DNA of 64,000 bases, taken from the NCBI GenBank assembly GCA_965204725.1, contig OZ242005.1:4544001-4608000 (forward strand), given 5' to 3'. The notes under the pieces are model-generated. The model was given only the letters and a program-made list of their open reading frames with translations. It was not told the origin of the DNA and did no database searches. Source of the stretch: Candidatus Latescibacterota bacterium. Lineage in GTDB: Bacteria > Latescibacterota > UBA2968 > UBA8231. The position numbers and the translations under genes are program-made. The first letter of the stretch is position 1; each line of letters begins with the position of its first letter. Below are positions 50,193 to 58,954 of this stretch, one piece after another.

Positions 50193-51674
50193 TTATCCTC
50201 CGATTTGGCGGCAGAGGTCGAGGAGCGGGTCGGGGTAGAGGAAGAGCACCAGCCCGCCCAGTGCCGTGCAAACCAGCGGCAGGACGCAGGCCAGCGGGGC
50301 TTCTTGGAGGCCGTTTTCTCCATCCGGTGCTGCGTAGAAAAAGGCATTGACGGCCACGGGGAATAGATAGGCGATGTTGAGCAGTGAGCTTAGCAAGAGT
50401 ACGCCGATGGCCGCGTACTGCTCGGCTTCCAGCCCGGCGAGGATGAGATACCACTTGCTCCAAGCCCCCCCCAGCGGCGGCAAGCCGATGATGCTGAGCG
50501 AGCCGACGAGAAAGGCCCCCATCGTCCAAGGCATCTGTCGGCCAATTCCTTTCATCTCGCTGATCTCGGTCTTGTGCAGGGCTACTGCAATGGCCCCGGC
50601 GCAAAAGAAAAGGGTGATTTTGCCAAAGGCGTGCATGGCAATGTGCAGGCTGCCGCCGAGGATGCCCCAACTATTGGCCATAGCCGCGCCGAGCACGATG
50701 TACGCGAGCTGACTGACGGTGGAATAGGCCAAGCGCGCCTTGAGGTTGTCCTTGGTCATGGCGACCAGCGAGCCAAGCAGAATGGTGGCGCAGGCCGCGT
50801 AGGCCAAATACGTGCCCAAGCCCGTGTCGGCGAGCAGGTCAATGCCGAAGATATAGACGACCACTTTGAGGATGGTAAAGACGCCCGCCTTGACTACGGC
50901 CACCGCGTGCAGGAGGGCACTGACCGGCGCCGGAGCGATCATGGCGGCGGGGAGCCAGCGGTGGAAAGGCATTAGCGCGGCCTTGCCCGTGCCAAAGGCG
51001 TAGAGAAAGAGCAGGACGCCGAGGACCCACGTCGGGGCCTTGTCGGCGAGGATGCCCCCCGGGACGAAGGCGAGGGTGCCGGTGAGGTGATAGGTGGCGA
51101 CCATGGCCAGCAGCAGGAAGCCGATCGAGGTCGAGAGCAGCACGCCCATATAGACGCGGCCCCCCCGCGCACTTTGCCGGCTCGTGGAGTCGCTTTCGGG
51201 GCGGGTGCTGCGGTGGTGGGTGACCAGCGGATAGGTCGACAGCGTCAGGGCCTCGTAGCAGAAAAACAGCGTCAGCATGTTGCCGGCAAAGGCCGCGCCC
51301 AAGGCCGCGGCGATCGCCAAGGCAAAGAAGGCGAAAAAGCGGGTCTGGTGCTCCTCGTGATGCCCCCGCATGTAGCCGATGGAGTAGCAAGAAGTCGCCA
51401 TCCACAGCCCAGCGGCGATCAGCGCGAAGAGCGCACCGAGCGGCTCAACTTCAAAGACTAGCGACAGCCCCGGAAAGATTTCTATTAGCTGCACGGCTGG
51501 CCGGGTGCCGGCCGCGACTTTGGGGACTAGGGTACAGACCGCGGCAAAAGTGCCCAGCGCGGCGAGCAGGGTCGCGGCCTCGCGCAGGTTGGGACGGCGG
51601 CCCAAAAGGGCGATCAAGGGCGCGCCGGCCAAGGGCAGGAGCACGGCCGCGGCAATGGCCGTGGGGGCATTCAC
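50193..51674 (-). CDS. Mrp antiporter subunit D/A-like protein
   Basis: HRWLPAAMIAP, SALLHAVAVVKAG, NLKARLAYS; GTG start overlaps the upstream stop. Confidence 0.85.
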   Translation of the reverse strand: MNAPTAIAAAVLLPLAGAPLIALLGRRPNLREAATLLAALGTFAAVCTLVPKVAAGTRPAVQLIEIFPGLSLVFEVEPLGALFALIAAGLWMATSCYSIGYMRGHHEEHQTRFFAFFALAIAAALGAAFAGNMLTLFFCYEALTLSTYPLVTHHRSTRPESDSTSRQSARGGRVYMGVLLSTSIGFLLLAMVATYHLTGTLAFVPGGILADKAPTWVLGVLLFLYAFGTGKAALMPFHRWLPAAMIAPAPVSALLHAVAVVKAGVFTILKVVVYIFGIDLLADTGLGTYLAYAACATILLGSLVAMTKDNLKARLAYSTVSQLAYIVLGAAMANSWGILGGSLHIAMHAFGKITLFFCAGAIAVALHKTEISEMKGIGRQMPWTMGAFLVGSLSIIGLPPLGGAWSKWYLILAGLEAEQYAAIGVLLLSSLLNIAYLFPVAVNAFFYAAPDGENGLQEAPLACVLPLVCTALGGLVLFLYPDPLLDLCRQIGG

Positions 51675-53152
51675 GGCGCGCCGCCCAAGAGCGAGTGCGC
51701 GGCCTTGCGAGCGACCCCAGCCGTCAGCGAGGTCTGCATCCCCAATCCGATCGTTAGGGCGACGAGCAGCCATAGGGGAAGCTGCATCGAGAGGGGGGCT
51801 TCGGCGACCGGCGCGGCCCCTTCGGGGACCGGGCGGAAATAGGCGATCTCGACAAAGCGCCAAATATAGACCAGCGCCAGCAGCGAACTGAGCACCACGA
51901 GCGCGGCCACCGGCCACCACCCGCGCTCTATCGCGCCCAAGATCAAGTACCACTTGCTGATAAAGCCCACGGTAAAGGGCATGCCGACGAGCCCCAAGCC
52001 GGCGAGGACAAAGGCGCACGAAGTCAGGGGCAGGCGCTTGCCTAGCCCGCTGAGGTCGGCCAGTTGCAGGGATTGGACGCGGAGTACGATGCAGCCAGCC
52101 GCTAGGAAGAGCGCCGCCTTCATCAGGGCGTGATTGAAGAGGTGGACGATCCCGCCAGTCAGGCCAGTGGCCGAGCCTAAGCTGATGCCGAGCATGGCAT
52201 AGCCGATTTGCGCCACGCTTGAATAGGCCAAAAGCCGCTTGAGATCGGTCTGGTAAATGGCCACGGCCGAGGCGATAAAAATGCCGAGCAGCACCAGCGG
52301 CAAGAGCAGGACATCGAGATGCATGGTCTCAAAGGCGAAGGCCGCGCCGAAGATCGTAAAGACGAAGCGCAGGAAGGCGTACACGGCGATCTTGGTCGCC
52401 GTTGCCGCGATAAAGGCGGTGACGGCCGAAGGGGCATAAGTATAGGCGTTGGGCAACCAGATATGCAGCGGGAAGAGCGCCATCTTGAGGGTGAAGCCTA
52501 CGCTTATAAAGGCAAAGGCCACCTCAATGGTGCGGGTGTTGGCAACGGCTTTGATCCGCGTGGCGAGATCGGCCATGTTGAGCGTGCCGGTCATCGCGTA
52601 CATCAGGCCGATGCCAATTAGGATAAAGGTCGCGCCGATCGTGCCCAAGATCAGGTAGTTATAGGTCGCCATTAGGGCGCGGCGATCCCGGCCGAGGCTA
52701 ATCAGCCCATAGGCCGAAAGCGACGATATCTCCATAAAGACAAAGACGTTAAAGGCGTCGCCGGTAATGGCAATGCCCAGCAGCCCAGCGAGACAAAGCA
52801 GAAAGACCGCGCAGAAATACGGGCGGCGCTCGGCGTCGATCTCGCGCGCCGCACTCGTTGGCGCGTAGGTCAGGACCACGGCGCCGATCAGCGCCACCAG
52901 CAAGAGCAGATACGCATTGAGGACATCTACCCGGTACTCGATGCCCCACGGCGCGCTCCAGCCGCCCAAGGCGTAGGAGATGGGGCCGTGGGAGAGCACG
53001 TGCTGCAATAGCAGCCCGGCCAGTGCCAGTGTGCCCCAGCCGACGATCACGACAAACGGCCACAGCAAGCGCTGCGGACGCAGCACTAGACAGATGGGCG
53101 CAGCGACCAGCGGCAAGACGACCTGCAGGGCGGGTAGATGGGCGGCGATCAC
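51671..53152 (-). CDS. mrpD: Mrp antiporter subunit D
   Basis: TGDAFNVFVFMEI, FPLHIWLP, DLKRLLAYSS. Confidence 0.88.
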   Translation of the reverse strand: MIAAHLPALQVVLPLVAAPICLVLRPQRLLWPFVVIVGWGTLALAGLLLQHVLSHGPISYALGGWSAPWGIEYRVDVLNAYLLLLVALIGAVVLTYAPTSAAREIDAERRPYFCAVFLLCLAGLLGIAITGDAFNVFVFMEISSLSAYGLISLGRDRRALMATYNYLILGTIGATFILIGIGLMYAMTGTLNMADLATRIKAVANTRTIEVAFAFISVGFTLKMALFPLHIWLPNAYTYAPSAVTAFIAATATKIAVYAFLRFVFTIFGAAFAFETMHLDVLLLPLVLLGIFIASAVAIYQTDLKRLLAYSSVAQIGYAMLGISLGSATGLTGGIVHLFNHALMKAALFLAAGCIVLRVQSLQLADLSGLGKRLPLTSCAFVLAGLGLVGMPFTVGFISKWYLILGAIERGWWPVAALVVLSSLLALVYIWRFVEIAYFRPVPEGAAPVAEAPLSMQLPLWLLVALTIGLGMQTSLTAGVARKAAHSLLGGAP

Positions 53153-53505
53153 GACCCCTCTTCCCGGTGCTGGATTGTGTCCTCTTCGATGGTTCCGTAG
53201 GCCGCACGGATGCGCACCACGAGCGCCAATCCCACAGCGGTGGTAGCGATGCCGACGACAATGGCGGTGAGGATGAGGACGTGGGGCAGTGGATTGGAAT
53301 ACGTCGTCACCCCTTCGGCGAGGATGGGCGCGGTCCCCCCCTCCACTTTGCCGAGGCTAATGTAGAGCAAAAAAACCGAGGTCTGGAAGATGTTGAGGCC
53401 GATTAGCTTCCTAATCAGGTTGCCGCAGGCGATGACGTTGTAAAAACCGGCCATCATCAGGAAAATGACGATCCAGTAGTTGTACAGACCGAGAACCGAA
53501 CTCAT
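53149..53505 (-). CDS. mrpC: Mrp antiporter subunit C
   Basis: NLIRKLIGL, NPLPHVLILTAIVVG. Confidence 0.9.
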   Translation of the reverse strand: MSSVLGLYNYWIVIFLMMAGFYNVIACGNLIRKLIGLNIFQTSVFLLYISLGKVEGGTAPILAEGVTTYSNPLPHVLILTAIVVGIATTAVGLALVVRIRAAYGTIEEDTIQHREEGS

Positions 53506-54467
53506 GGCCGCCCTCGGCTGGCGAAGTGGCAGAAGGTGTTGATTACGACGGCGGCCACGGTAATGCCAACCCCTAGCTCAATCAGCAAAATGCCATAGTG
53601 CTCGCCGTGGCTAGGATCGCTGGCCAGCACCTTGTATTCGAGGAAATTGCCGCCGGCCCAGAGGCAGGCCAAGCCAGTGCCAATGTAGAGCAGGAGCCCC
53701 AAGGCGAAAAAGACGCGGACGCGGCCCGCCGGGGCCACTCGGCGCGCCTCCTCGACCCCGTAAATCAGGGCGTAGAGAATAAAGGCCGCGGCAAAAATCA
53801 CGCCCGCTTGGAACCCACCGCCCGGGCCGAAGTCGCCGTGGAACTGCACGTAGAGGGCAAAGAGCAGAATCAGCGGGATGATGATCTTGGAGACGACGCG
53901 GAGAATCATCGCGTGGCGCATGGACTCGCCGTCGTCCTGCGGGGGACAGCGGTCGTGCAAGAGCAAGAGCACCACCAAGCCGGCGGTGAAAATCACTGCG
54001 ACCTCGCCCAAGGTGTCGTAGCCGCGGTAGCTGGCCAGCACGGAGGTGACCATGTTGGGGATGCCGATTTCCGCGGGAGACTCGGTGATATAGCGGGGGG
54101 CTACGTGCTGGTGGACCGGAGCGTCGGGGTCGCCCAGGTGCGGCATATCGAGCGTACCATAGATGAGCGCCCCGCCGGTCAGGAGGCAGACGGCGAGGCC
54201 GCTCCAAGAGTGTTGAGGCCGGGTCTTTTCTTGCGGCCCGGTCGAAGAGAGCGCGGCCAGAAAGAGGACCGTCGCCAAGCCGGCCCCGACCGCCGCTTCG
54301 GTGAAAGCCACATCGACCGCGTCGAGGGTGGTGAAGATACAAGCCGAGAGCAGGCTGAAGATGCCGGTGAGCACCACCGCGGCAAAAAGGTCTCGCACTT
54401 GAATAATGGCCACGGCGATGATGGCGAGGAACGTCATCAGGGCGATGCCAACGAGCGCGATCGTCAC
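53502..54467 (-). CDS. mrpB: DUF4040 + Mrp subunit B protein
   Basis: DVAFTEAAVG, YRGYDTLGE, HGDFGPGGGFQAG; GTG start at 54467. Confidence 0.85.
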   Translation of the reverse strand: MTIALVGIALMTFLAIIAVAIIQVRDLFAAVVLTGIFSLLSACIFTTLDAVDVAFTEAAVGAGLATVLFLAALSSTGPQEKTRPQHSWSGLAVCLLTGGALIYGTLDMPHLGDPDAPVHQHVAPRYITESPAEIGIPNMVTSVLASYRGYDTLGEVAVIFTAGLVVLLLLHDRCPPQDDGESMRHAMILRVVSKIIIPLILLFALYVQFHGDFGPGGGFQAGVIFAAAFILYALIYGVEEARRVAPAGRVRVFFALGLLLYIGTGLACLWAGGNFLEYKVLASDPSHGEHYGILLIELGVGITVAAVVINTFCHFASRGRP

Positions 54468-54778
54468 GGTTTTTCCCCAGTGCCTTGGGGGACGAGCCCA
54501 CTGTGCCGCGCTGCGCGGGCAATGGCGTGGGTGGCGACCGGGCTGACCAGCAGCAAGAAGATCGCGATCATCACCAGCTTGACGGTGACCAGCGACAGAC
54601 CGCTCTGGAACCCAAGCCCCAACAGGACCAGCCCCGCGCCCAACGTATCGGTGACGCCGCTGCCGTGTATGCGGCTGTAGAAGTCGGGCAGCCGCAGAAG
54701 GCCCAAGCCGCCGATGAAGCAAAAGCCGGCCCCGAACAACAGACAAGCCCAGCTCGCATAGTAGAGCAGTGCTTCCAT
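54464..54778 (-). CDS. mrpG: Mrp antiporter subunit G
   Basis: GLLRLPDFYSRIH, SPVATHAIARAA. Confidence 0.9.
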   Translation of the reverse strand: MEALLYYASWACLLFGAGFCFIGGLGLLRLPDFYSRIHGSGVTDTLGAGLVLLGLGFQSGLSLVTVKLVMIAIFLLLVSPVATHAIARAARHSGLVPQGTGEKP

Positions 54779-55044
54779 CAGGCGCGGACCTCCTCCTCGC
54801 CAGCGGTCGAGACGTATTTGAGGATGGCGATCGTGCCGATGAAGTTGATGAGCGCATAGACCAGCCCCAAGTCGAGAAAATCGGGCCGGCCGGTCAAAAA
54901 GCCGATGACCGACAAAAGCAACACGGTCTTGGTGCCGAACATGTTGACGGCGAGTACGCGATCGTACACGGTGGGGCCTTTTAAGGCGCGGACTAGGGCT
55001 AGCAGCATGGTCGCCAGCACCCCAAGCATGGCCGCGGCAAACAC
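54778..55044 (-). CDS. mrpF: Mrp antiporter subunit F
   Basis: GPTVYDRVLA. Confidence 0.9.
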   Translation of the reverse strand: MFAAAMLGVLATMLLALVRALKGPTVYDRVLAVNMFGTKTVLLLSVIGFLTGRPDFLDLGLVYALINFIGTIAILKYVSTAGEEEVRA

Positions 55045-55532
55045 TAGCTTTCTCCCTCCAAGTCGGTTACGCGGCCGTCCATACCCCCAGCGCGCACGTC
55101 CTCGGCGGCTTCGTCGGTCAAGGCGTGGACATCAATGGTGCCTTCGTCGGTCTCAACGGCGACCGTGCCCGGCGTCAGGGTGATGGAGTTGGCGTAAATG
55201 ACTTGTCCCAAGTGGGTTTTTTGGCTCGCCGCGACTCGGATTACGCGGGGCGACATGGGCAGCCGTGGATGTACGATCCGCCGTGCGACATCGATATTGG
55301 CTTTGATTATCGCCCAGAGGAGCCAAGGCACATAGCGCAACGTGCCGATAATGAGGTGATTGGGGTGCCCTTCGAGATCGACGATCTGCATGCGGCGGCA
55401 GACGGCGACGACCAAAAGGCACGAGAGGACGCCCAATCCTAGGAGCAGGCCCGTGTAGATGCCCGACAAAAGCAGCCACGTCAAAAAAAGCAGGGCGAAA
55501 AGACTGAGCGTTCTAGATGGTATGTTTGGCAA
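55044..55532 (-). CDS. mrpE: Mrp antiporter subunit E
   Basis: ANIDVA, ANSITLTPGT, VHAL. Confidence 0.9.
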   Translation of the reverse strand: MPNIPSRTLSLFALLFLTWLLLSGIYTGLLLGLGVLSCLLVVAVCRRMQIVDLEGHPNHLIIGTLRYVPWLLWAIIKANIDVARRIVHPRLPMSPRVIRVAASQKTHLGQVIYANSITLTPGTVAVETDEGTIDVHALTDEAAEDVRAGGMDGRVTDLEGES

Positions 55533-55653
55533 AATAGGCCCTCTTTCTCCGCGAAATACGCGGCCCTAATTTCTGCAATTGCACGCCGCGAGGCAAGCAG
55601 CCTTAGCGACGCCCCGGCAGCCGACTTCAGAGGCGTTTATCGCTTTGATCCGC

Positions 55654-56448
55654 TCAGCGATTGACGACCCAGTACGTCGTCCCGATCTCTTTTGAACCTG
55701 TGTATGGCTGGCCGTCGTGGGAGCCAAAAAGCTGCCAGCGGCTAAATCCCGCTAGGCGCAGCAACAGTTGAAACTCTTCTTTATAGATCCACCGCGCCGT
55801 CATGGGCACTACCGCTGTTGCTCCATCGTAGGTGAAAAACCACTGGTAGTGCTCAGTCTGCTCGCCCAGATCAACGGTCTTCTCGAACCAGACGCTGATT
55901 CGGCGGCCTGTTTGGGGGTGGGTAAATTCGCCGAATGTCTCCAGCGACGGGGACGGATTGACGTGGGTAAGCAGGTCGTCGGCAAGCGACGGGATGTAGA
56001 AGTTCATCAGCAGCCGACCGCGAGGTGCCAGATGGGCACGGATGCGTTTGAGACAGGTGATTTGGGCTGCTTGGCTGGGCAAGAGCATAAACGAGCTGGC
56101 CGGAATCAGGATGGCCGCCAAGGACTGGTCGTAGCAGAAGTCAACCATGTCCTGACAGCAGACTCGGCGGTCAATAGCCCCTAGCCCTAGGGCCGCTGCC
56201 TTGCGGCGCAAAACGGCCAGCATCCCGGCGGCGCAATCGAAACCCCTGATGTCAACGCCCTCGCGCAAAAGGCGAAGCAGAATCGAACCTGTGCCACAAG
56301 CTGCTTCGAGGACTGGCCCTTCCTCTCCGGCGAGCTGCCTGCTGTAAAATTGGAACTCGCGCTCGTGCGTCTGCTGCCTCGCGCCCCGCTCATTCCACTG
56401 GTCGTATATCAGCGACCACCAAGGATTGTCGTAATTGGCTTCAGGCAC
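55654..56448 (-). CDS. Class I SAM-dependent methyltransferase
   Basis: VLEAACGTG motif I, HLAPRGRL. Confidence 0.85.
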   Translation of the reverse strand: MPEANYDNPWWSLIYDQWNERGARQQTHEREFQFYSRQLAGEEGPVLEAACGTGSILLRLLREGVDIRGFDCAAGMLAVLRRKAAALGLGAIDRRVCCQDMVDFCYDQSLAAILIPASSFMLLPSQAAQITCLKRIRAHLAPRGRLLMNFYIPSLADDLLTHVNPSPSLETFGEFTHPQTGRRISVWFEKTVDLGEQTEHYQWFFTYDGATAVVPMTARWIYKEEFQLLLRLAGFSRWQLFGSHDGQPYTGSKEIGTTYWVVNR

Positions 56449-56533
56449 AAGCGCAGGCCCTCCAGTATGGGCGCGGCCCGGTCGGCTGCTTCATTACACT
56501 GCTCAATCGTTCTGGTCGCCCTCGCCGGACCCT

Positions 56534-56560
56534 ACTATTATTGCTATAGTAATAGCAATA
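56534..56560. promoter_or_regulatory. AT-rich palindromic operator in a divergent promoter region
   Basis: tattgctat-agta-atagcaata perfect inverted repeat overlapping actat-N7-atagt. Confidence 0.6.
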
Positions 56561-56640
56561 TAGGATATATGCCCGACTGGGGCGGGCAGCACCCGCGCAT
56601 CACGAGGCATTACTCAGGCTACAACGACGGAGAAAAGGTC

Positions 56641-57516
56641 ATGCTGACTCAAGAACAAGTCGCCAACTACCACGAAAAAGGCTACCTCGGCGTTGAGGGG
56701 GTATTGACCCCCGGAGAAGTAGCGGCACTGCGGCAGGTCACCGACGAGTTCGTGGAGCGGTCACGGGCCGCGACCGAAAGCGATGCCACATTCGACTTGG
56801 AGCCGGGGCACTCGCCCGATAGCCCCAAGCTGCGGCGGCTCAAAAGCCCGGTCGCCCAGCACGAAATGTACCGCAGCACCCTGCACCACGAGCGGATTCT
56901 GGCCATCGTCGCCCAGCTAATCGGCCCGCGCATCCGCACCAATGGCGACAAGCTCAACATGAAGTCCGGGGCGTTCGGCAGCCCGGTGGAGTGGCATCAG
57001 GACTGGGCTTTTTATCCGCACACCAACGACGACCTGCTCGCCGTGGGCGTGTGCATCGACGACATGAACGAGACCAATGGCTGCTTGCTGGTCATCCCCG
57101 GGTCGCATAAGGGACCGATTTACAACCACCATCTCGACGGTCGTTTTGCCGGTGCGGTGACTGCGGCGGATTTCGACGACGCGGCGGCCGAAAAGATCGA
57201 GCTAAAAGCCGGCGGCATCTCTATCCACCACGTCCGCGCCCTGCATGGCTCCCTGCCCAACACCTCGCCCCATCCGCGTCGGCTCCTGCTCTTGCAGTAT
57301 TGCGCGGGCGATTCTTGGCCCCTAGTGCCGGCGCCCGATTGGGAGGGCTATTGCCGGACCTTTGTGCGCGGCGAGCCGAGCCGGCACATCCGCGTCGCAG
57401 ACGTGCCGGTGAGCATGCCGATGCCCGGCGCCAAAGTCGGCGGCTCCATCTACGCCACCCAGACCGTATTGCGCCACTCGACCTTCGGCTCGGTGAAAGC
57501 CGCCCAGTCCGGCTAA
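56641..57516 (+). CDS. Phytanoyl-CoA dioxygenase (PhyH/EctD-like) family protein
   Basis: KLNMK, WHQD, NGCLLVIPGSH, HHVRALH. Confidence 0.9.
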   Translation: MLTQEQVANYHEKGYLGVEGVLTPGEVAALRQVTDEFVERSRAATESDATFDLEPGHSPDSPKLRRLKSPVAQHEMYRSTLHHERILAIVAQLIGPRIRTNGDKLNMKSGAFGSPVEWHQDWAFYPHTNDDLLAVGVCIDDMNETNGCLLVIPGSHKGPIYNHHLDGRFAGAVTAADFDDAAAEKIELKAGGISIHHVRALHGSLPNTSPHPRRLLLLQYCAGDSWPLVPAPDWEGYCRTFVRGEPSRHIRVADVPVSMPMPGAKVGGSIYATQTVLRHSTFGSVKAAQSG

Positions 57517-57540
57517 CACCGCACACTGTGTGCTGCGGCC

Positions 57541-57681
57541 ATGAACCTGCAACACTTGCGCTACTTTCTCGCCGTAGCGCGCACGGGCGGCTTTGCCCAA
57601 GCCGCGCGGCTCTTGCTCGAAGCCGTGTTTGCCGCTTACGGCGGGTGGGACGAATGGATGGCGGAGAGCTCCGCCAAGTAG
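57541..57681 (+). pseudogene. Truncated LysR-family regulator (HTH start only)
   Basis: MNLQHLRYFLAVARTGGFAQAARLL, then divergent sequence and a stop after 46 aa; too short for the ORF track. Confidence 0.75.
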
Positions 57682-57739
57682 TATCTTTTTCATCAATGAC
57701 AGCCTAATTTACGTCTCATCTTCTTTGGGTGACTATCCT

Positions 57740-58057
57740 ATGATGATCAAGTATCTATTTAGCTCTTCTGGCCAGTGGATAGCTTTTAAGAGCGATAAAT
57801 ATGTATTTGACACCAACGGCAACTGGATTGGCTGGACTCCTTGGAACGATGGTTATGTCTGCGCCCCTAATGGCGAGTACCTTGGTACGATAACGCAAAA
57901 CAAGCGATTGTATCGATTCTATGCTCGACCCAATAGAGGCTATCCCGGTTATCCCGGTTATCCCGACTATTCCGGCTATCCCGGCTATCCCGGCTACGCA
58001 AGCTATTCACCGTTGCCGCCATTTGCTGAAGACATCGAAGAACTAGAAACTGTTTGA
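57740..58057 (+). CDS. 4-fold beta-flower-like small protein with a GYP-repeat tail
   Basis: Repeated hairpins YLFSSSGQWIA / YVFDTNGNWIG / YVCAPNGEYLG, then (GYP)n; AT-richer DNA. Confidence 0.7.
   Translation: MMIKYLFSSSGQWIAFKSDKYVFDTNGNWIGWTPWNDGYVCAPNGEYLGTITQNKRLYRFYARPNRGYPGYPGYPDYSGYPGYPGYASYSPLPPFAEDIEELETV
57938..57997 (+). repeat. 9-bp tandem repeat encoding GYP
   Basis: ggctatccc ggttatccc ggttatccc gactattcc ggctatccc ggctatccc ggctac. Confidence 0.9.
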
Positions 58058-58734
58058 TGTCATCGCCCTTCAAGCACTACCCCTCTGAGCCAAATTGTCG
58101 GCAGTGTGGGAATGCCTTTACTCTCCTCTGCAACGCTCACGATACATCGGGTTCCTTCCTCGAAGTGTTCAATACTACGAGAAAGGGGCGCAACGCTAGA
58201 GGAGCGGCCACTGATAAAGACCAAGATCTCCTCAGAGCAATGCTCACCTTTGCCTGCGCGGGTCTGGACTCTCTAGTAAAGCAACTGATAAAGGATGCCT
58301 TACCTGATGTGATCAATTGCAATGAAGCCGCTGAGCGAACGTTTCGCACAGATATTGAACGGCGAGTCCGCAGGGGGGAGGAGATTGACCACAGGTTTCT
58401 CGCTGATGTTCTCACTCGGCAAAGACCGCGAGATCGGCTCATCGAGATTCTGGTTTCGGACCTCACCTCACAAAGTTTGCAGTCGAAAGACCAACTGCTG
58501 AGGGTTGGTTCGTTTTTTGATATCCAGTCCGATTTAATCACACCCGACCCAAACGACCTAGCTAAGATATTCACGGCACGTAATCAGATTGTCCACGAAA
58601 TGGACATATATTTCTCTCCAACCGATGGGAATAGACGCTCTCGAACCAAGCAGGATATGGTCGCTGCTGCGAACGAGATTTTCAGGGTCTCGAAAGTCTT
58701 CTTGGAAGAGGTTGAGCACAAGCTGACAATCTGA
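58057..58734 (+). CDS. HEPN domain protein (RiboL-PSP-HEPN-like), putative RNase
   Basis: DLLRAMLTFACAGLDS helix and R-x4-H motif RNQIVH; ATG overlaps the upstream TGA. Confidence 0.75.
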   Translation: MSSPFKHYPSEPNCRQCGNAFTLLCNAHDTSGSFLEVFNTTRKGRNARGAATDKDQDLLRAMLTFACAGLDSLVKQLIKDALPDVINCNEAAERTFRTDIERRVRRGEEIDHRFLADVLTRQRPRDRLIEILVSDLTSQSLQSKDQLLRVGSFFDIQSDLITPDPNDLAKIFTARNQIVHEMDIYFSPTDGNRRSRTKQDMVAAANEIFRVSKVFLEEVEHKLTI

Positions 58735-58781
58735 TGTGCCAACCCAGCCGACCCCTAAGTCCCCGACCGTAGAAGTGGTGT

Positions 58782-58841
58782 GAGATGCTTCGCTTGCGCT
58801 CAGCATGACCGACCGCCTCTGTCATGCTGAGCGCAGTGCGA
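58782..58841. repeat. REP-like inverted repeat pair
   Basis: gagatgcttcgcttgcgctcagcatgac ... gtcatgctgagcgcagtgcga. Confidence 0.75.
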
Positions 58842-58954
58842 CCGCGCCCCCCAGATTTGCTTTCTAGCGGCCTTTTCTGTAGCCCCTTCCCGCCTTGCCA
58901 CGATTCTCGCCAGCGGCGTTCTTAATTTTTAACCCAAAACTGAGAGCAAGCATT

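Noticed and set aside
58735-58760. Duplicated PhyH 3' end after the HEPN gene
   Set aside because: Only weak similarity to 57500-57516, not distinguishable from chance.
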